Shown piece by piece: positions 59,916 to 64,000 of a stretch of 64,000 bases of DNA. The stretch is from contig NZ_JAJQXW010000002.1 of the NCBI RefSeq assembly GCF_021246445.1, forward strand, positions 682,001-746,000, written 5' to 3'. Position 1 is the first letter of the stretch; each line of letters begins with the position of its first letter. The notes under the pieces are model-generated. The model was not told where the DNA came from. It ran no database searches and saw nothing but the letters and a program-made list of their open reading frames with translations. Made by a program: the position numbers and the translations under genes. The stretch comes from Rhabdothermincola salaria (GTDB lineage Bacteria > Actinomycetota > Acidimicrobiia > Acidimicrobiales > Acidimicrobilacustridaceae).

Positions 59916-60706
59916 CCGGCCGGAAGGACACTCCGATCGCCCTGCCGGCCGAGTGCTCGCCGTGGCGCGAGGCCCTCTCGGCCCGGATCGACGGAGAGCT
60001 CCCCGCGGCCGACCACGGCGGCCTCGACGACCACCTGGCCGGGTGCGAGAGCTGCCGGGCCTTCGCCGGTGACGCGGAGGCCTCCCACCGGGCTCTTCGG
60101 CTCGGTCCCGCCGAAGCCGTGGGCGACCGGACCGACGCGATCATGGCCGCCTGGGACGACCGCCAGGATCGAGACGGGCCGTCGCGCCGGCACCGTCCAG
60201 CGCGACGGGTCGGTGTGGCGGCGCTGGTGGCGGCCGCCCTGGTGGTGCTGGCCGGCCTGGCCGGGTGGTGGCCCGGTGGAGGCGGCGCGGACGCCGAACC
60301 GGCGTTGGCCTTCGCGTCGGGCGTGGCCACCCCGGCCCCGGCGGAGGGCAACACGGCGGTGTACGTGTCGCTCACCAACGACGGAGGCTCGGACCGCCTC
60401 CTGGGCGTCGACACCGACGTCGCCGAGCGGGCCACGCTGCACGCCACCGAGCAGCGCGACGGCCTGGTGCTCATGACCGGCCGCGACGACTACCCCGTGC
60501 CGGGCGACACGACGGTCGTGTTCCAGCCGGGGGGCGCCCACGTGATGCTCGAAGGGCTCCGGCGTCCGCTCGAGGTCGGGGACCGGCTCGAGGTGGTGCT
60601 CGAGTTCGAACGCTCGGCCTCGCGCACGCTGATGGTCGAGGTGGTGTCGCTCAGCGAGGTCACCGAGGTCGTCGGTATCGCCTCGCAGCTGATGGGCCCC
60701 GCCTGA
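59912..60706 (+). CDS. Anti-sigma factor: ZAS (zf-HC2) + TM + PCu(A)C copper-binding domain
   Basis: C..REALSARIDGE..HLAGCESC; TM VGVAALVAAALVVLAGLAGWW; H-x10-M-x21-H-x-M; ATGA overlap with sigma. Confidence 0.87.
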   Translation: MTGRKDTPIALPAECSPWREALSARIDGELPAADHGGLDDHLAGCESCRAFAGDAEASHRALRLGPAEAVGDRTDAIMAAWDDRQDRDGPSRRHRPARRVGVAALVAAALVVLAGLAGWWPGGGGADAEPALAFASGVATPAPAEGNTAVYVSLTNDGGSDRLLGVDTDVAERATLHATEQRDGLVLMTGRDDYPVPGDTTVVFQPGGAHVMLEGLRRPLEVGDRLEVVLEFERSASRTLMVEVVSLSEVTEVVGIASQLMGPA

Positions 60707-60746
60707 GGCGGATACGTCCCCCGGGCGCCCGGCCGGGTCGGGGCGC

Positions 60747-61724
60747 TCAGCGTCGGGCGAGGTCGGCCAGCAGCGTCAGCGTGCGGTCGTGGTTGGCGGT
60801 GCGTTCGGCGGGGTCGGCACCCACCCCGAAGGTCATGGCGGCCAGGTCGGTGACCCCGGCATCGGCGTAGGACGCCAGACGGGCGGCCACCTCCTCTTCG
60901 GTGCCGATGACGGCGACCTGCTCCGGGGCACCCGTCTCGCCCAGCGCCAGCACCCGCGCGTAGGTGGGGATCTCGCGGTACATGGCGTAGCGGCGGGCCG
61001 CCACCGCCAATCCCTCCTCCCGGTCCGAGCAGACCGCCACGGGCAGGCCGGCCACGACCCGCGGCAGCGGTCGCCCGACCGATTCGGCCGCCGCCGCGAG
61101 GCGAGGGACCACGTGGTCGGCGTGCGTGCGCTCGTCGCACATCCAGGTGATGGTGCCTGCCGCTCGCTCACCGGCGAGGCGCAGCATCAGCGGGGCCAGG
61201 GCGGCGAGCAGCAGGGGCACCGGACGGGCCCCGGGGACGGCCAGGATGGCCTCCACGGGAAAGCGCTCGCCCTCGTGGTGGACCCTCCCGCCCATGGCGC
61301 CGGCGGTGCCGTCGACCACCTCGCGCTGGGCCTGGTTGGCCGCCTCCAGCACGGCGACGTACTCCCGCACGTGGTGGATGACGCCGTCGTAGTCCGCGCC
61401 GTACCAGTTCTCGGCGACGCTGCGGTGGCTGGGACCGATGCCCAGCAGGAGCCGGCCGTCGCAGGCGGCCTGGGTGGTCAGGGCGTGCTGGGCGAGGCCG
61501 TAGGGGTGGTGGGACCAGGTGGGGACGACCGCCGTGCCGAGCTCGATGCGCGACGTCGCCCGGCCGGCGACGGCCAGGGCGGTGAGGGCATCGAGGCTCC
61601 AGGGGACGTGGGGTACCCACCCGGCGTGCAGTCCGTGCTCCTCGGCCCACACCGCCCGGGCCACGACGTCGTCGATGTCGGATCCACCCGGTCCCGTCTC
61701 GGCGACGAACAGTCCGATGCGCAC
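60747..61724 (-). CDS. LLM-class F420-dependent oxidoreductase (MSMEG_4879-like)
   Basis: DALT.LA, IELGTAVVP..HP..LA..ALT, LGIGPSH, AALAP.ML.LAG..A.GTI.WM, P.Y. Confidence 0.85.
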   Translation of the reverse strand: MRIGLFVAETGPGGSDIDDVVARAVWAEEHGLHAGWVPHVPWSLDALTALAVAGRATSRIELGTAVVPTWSHHPYGLAQHALTTQAACDGRLLLGIGPSHRSVAENWYGADYDGVIHHVREYVAVLEAANQAQREVVDGTAGAMGGRVHHEGERFPVEAILAVPGARPVPLLLAALAPLMLRLAGERAAGTITWMCDERTHADHVVPRLAAAAESVGRPLPRVVAGLPVAVCSDREEGLAVAARRYAMYREIPTYARVLALGETGAPEQVAVIGTEEEVAARLASYADAGVTDLAAMTFGVGADPAERTANHDRTLTLLADLARR

Positions 61725-61728
61725 CGGT

Positions 61729-63978
61729 TCAGAGCTCCTGGAGGGCCCGCCACACCCGCTCGGGCGTGAGCGGCATGTCGATGTGGCGAACGCCCAGGTG
61801 GGCGAGGGCGTCGATCACGGCGTTCTGCACCGCAGGGGTGGAGCCGATGGTGCCGGACTCGCCGATGCCCTTGGCGCCCAGGGGGTTCATGGGCGACGGG
61901 GTCTCCATGGGCACCCGCTCGAAGCTGGGCAGCTCGGCCGCCGACGGGACGGCGTAGTCGATGAGGGTGGCGGTGACGGGATTGCCGTCGGGGTCGTAGC
62001 GGACCTCCTCGAACAACGCCTGGGCGATGCCCTGGGCCAGCCCGCCGTGCACCTGCCCGTCGACGATGAGGGGGTTGAGGATGCGGCCGGCGTCGTCGCA
62101 GGCGACCATGCGGACCAGGTCGACCTGGCCGGTGTCGCGGTCGACCTCGACCACGGCGACGTGGGCGCCGAAGGGGAACGACGGCCCCCCGGACGAGAAG
62201 TCCGAGACGGCCAGCAGCTCGTGGGTGTCGGCGGTGTCGGCCACCGCGGCCCAGTCGACGCTGATGGCCGGGGTGCCCACCACGTGGAACGCGCCGGTCT
62301 CGGCATCGAGGACCACGTCGTCGACGGCGGCCTCGAGCAGGTCGGCGGCCCGGTCGCGGGCGAGGGCGACCAGCTTGCCGGCGGCGTCGTCGACCGACGA
62401 GCCCGCCACCTGCGCCGAGCGGGACCCGCCCGTCACCTCGCCGTGCGGGACCACGTCGGTGTCGCCGTAGACCACCTCGATGCGGTCGAGGGGTAGGCCG
62501 GTGCGCTCGGCGACGAGCATGGCCCAGGAGGTCACGTGCCCCTGGCCGTAGGGGTTGGAACCGGTGACCACCAGCGCGGTGCCGTCGGGGCGCAGCTGGA
62601 CCGAGGCGAACTCCTCGCCCCCGGTCATGGCGGTGATCTCCACGTAGCAGCCCAGCCCGATGCCCAGGAGGCGGGAGTCGTCGGCCGCTCGGCGCCGGGC
62701 CTGCTCGGCCCGCAGGTCGTCGTAGCCGGCGGCGGCCAGCACCCGGTCGAGGGCGCCCTCGTAGTCGCCGCTGTCGTAGGTGGTGCCCATGGGGGTCTGG
62801 AAGGGGAAGGCATCGGGGGCCACGAAGTTGCGCCGGCGCACGTCGGCGGGGTCGAGGCCGGCTTCGGCGGCGAAGAGGTCGACGGCCCGTTCGAGGGCGG
62901 CGGCCGCCTCGGGCCGACCGGCGCCGCGGTAGGCGCCGGTGGGCGTGGTGGTGGTGGCCACCGAGCGCGAGCGGTACTCGACCTCGGCGATGTCGTAGAC
63001 GCCGCTGGCCATGATGCGGGTGGCGAAGGGCAGGATGGCGCCCATCGTGGGGTAGCCGCCGGCGTCCTGGACGACCTCGAGGCGGTAGGTCGTGAGGTGG
63101 CCGTCGGCGGTGCCGCCCAGGGTGACGGTCTGGACCTGGCCTCGGCCGTGGTTCATGCCCACGAGGTTCTCCGAGCGGGTCTCGCTCCAGCGGACGGGCC
63201 GGTCGATGCGCCGGGCCAGCTCGCCGAGCAGCAGGGCCTCGGCAGGGATCTGGGCCTTGGCGCCGAAGCCACCGCCCACGTCGGGGCAGACCACCCGGAT
63301 CTGCTCGGGGTCGAGCCCATAGGCCTCGGCCAGGGCGGTGCGCACCGGGTGGGGGCCCTGGCAGCCGATCTCGACCACCAGGCGGTCGTCCTCCCACCAG
63401 GCGAGGGCGCTGCGGGCCTCGATGGGGACCGGCGCCACCCGCTGGTTCACGGTGCGGGTGGTGACGACGACGTCGCAGTCGTCGAACGAGACCGGGTCGC
63501 CGTGGTGGTCGATGACCATGGCGGCGTTGGTGCCCGCCGCGGGGAAGAGCAGCGGTGCGTCCGGCTCGAGCGCGGCCTCGGGGTCGACGAGGGCGGGCCG
63601 CGGTTCGATGTCGACGATCACGGCCTCGGCGGCGTCGACCGCCTGGTTGCGGGTCTCGGCGACCACGGCGACGACGGGCTCGCCGACGAAGCGGACGGTG
63701 TCGGTGGCCAGCACCGGCCGGGTCATGGCCTGGTCGACGATGGCCAGGGGGACGAGGTCGGGCAGGTCGATGTCGGCGGCGGTGACGACGGCCAGCACCC
63801 CGGGCGCGGTGCGGGCCTCGTCGGTGTCGATCGACTCGATGTGGCCGTGGGCGACAGTGGAGCGGACGTACACCACGTGGGCGGCGCCATCGCGAACGAT
63901 GTCGTCGACGTAGGTGCCGCCGTCGGTGAGCAGCGCCGGATCTTCGCGACGCAGGACACGGTGACCGAGGATGCTCAT
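61729..63978 (-). CDS. Xanthine dehydrogenase-family molybdopterin-binding subunit (CoxL form II-like)
   Basis: RRED..L..G.YVDD, VGGGFGAK, AYRGAGRPEA, GQGH, GGSRS, GQVHGG..QG, GAKGIGE; TACGGT 8 nt upstream of ATG. Confidence 0.92.
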   Translation of the reverse strand: MSILGHRVLRREDPALLTDGGTYVDDIVRDGAAHVVYVRSTVAHGHIESIDTDEARTAPGVLAVVTAADIDLPDLVPLAIVDQAMTRPVLATDTVRFVGEPVVAVVAETRNQAVDAAEAVIVDIEPRPALVDPEAALEPDAPLLFPAAGTNAAMVIDHHGDPVSFDDCDVVVTTRTVNQRVAPVPIEARSALAWWEDDRLVVEIGCQGPHPVRTALAEAYGLDPEQIRVVCPDVGGGFGAKAQIPAEALLLGELARRIDRPVRWSETRSENLVGMNHGRGQVQTVTLGGTADGHLTTYRLEVVQDAGGYPTMGAILPFATRIMASGVYDIAEVEYRSRSVATTTTPTGAYRGAGRPEAAAALERAVDLFAAEAGLDPADVRRRNFVAPDAFPFQTPMGTTYDSGDYEGALDRVLAAAGYDDLRAEQARRRAADDSRLLGIGLGCYVEITAMTGGEEFASVQLRPDGTALVVTGSNPYGQGHVTSWAMLVAERTGLPLDRIEVVYGDTDVVPHGEVTGGSRSAQVAGSSVDDAAGKLVALARDRAADLLEAAVDDVVLDAETGAFHVVGTPAISVDWAAVADTADTHELLAVSDFSSGGPSFPFGAHVAVVEVDRDTGQVDLVRMVACDDAGRILNPLIVDGQVHGGLAQGIAQALFEEVRYDPDGNPVTATLIDYAVPSAAELPSFERVPMETPSPMNPLGAKGIGESGTIGSTPAVQNAVIDALAHLGVRHIDMPLTPERVWRALQEL

Positions 63979-64000
63979 GGGCACCGACCGTACCGGGTGA

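Noticed and set aside
61729..63978. True aerobic CO dehydrogenase
   Set aside because: Lacks the form I AYRCSFR copper-binding loop

Overview
A very GC-rich actinobacterial chromosome segment; gene style and order suggest Acidimicrobiia (inference). 1-30 kb is mostly conserved housekeeping synteny: topA(3' part)-MFS-tmk-holB-tRNA-Thr, sigR/rsrA-like, zincin-tilS-hpt-ftsH-folE-folP-X-folB-folK-panG-like-panC-panD-nadB-nadC-coaX, polyprenyl synthase, clpC, radA-disA. 30-45 kb is an accessory redox/catabolic block: Zn-dehydrogenases with TetR, MarR with an unknown lipoprotein, a UGSC-family/NifU-like operon, and F420-dependent enzymes. It is followed by crp, carD-ispD-ispF-rlmB, a Dpp/Opp-type ABC system with a tandemly duplicated binding-protein unit, a copper operon and a CoxL/XDH-like gene. 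The best candidate for an undescribed system is 57.5-60.7 kb: SCO + Met-repeat PCu(A)C + cupredoxin-like protein + SigC-like ECF sigma + an anti-sigma that fuses a ZAS domain to an intact extracytoplasmic PCu(A)C copper site, preceded by a GGGAAC-N17-CGACTA SigC-type promoter. This looks like a transmembrane copper-sensing switch. Many genes look leaderless, and ispD appears to start at CTG. I saw no CRISPR, rRNA or mobile element. All calls come from reading motifs by eye; no searches were run.
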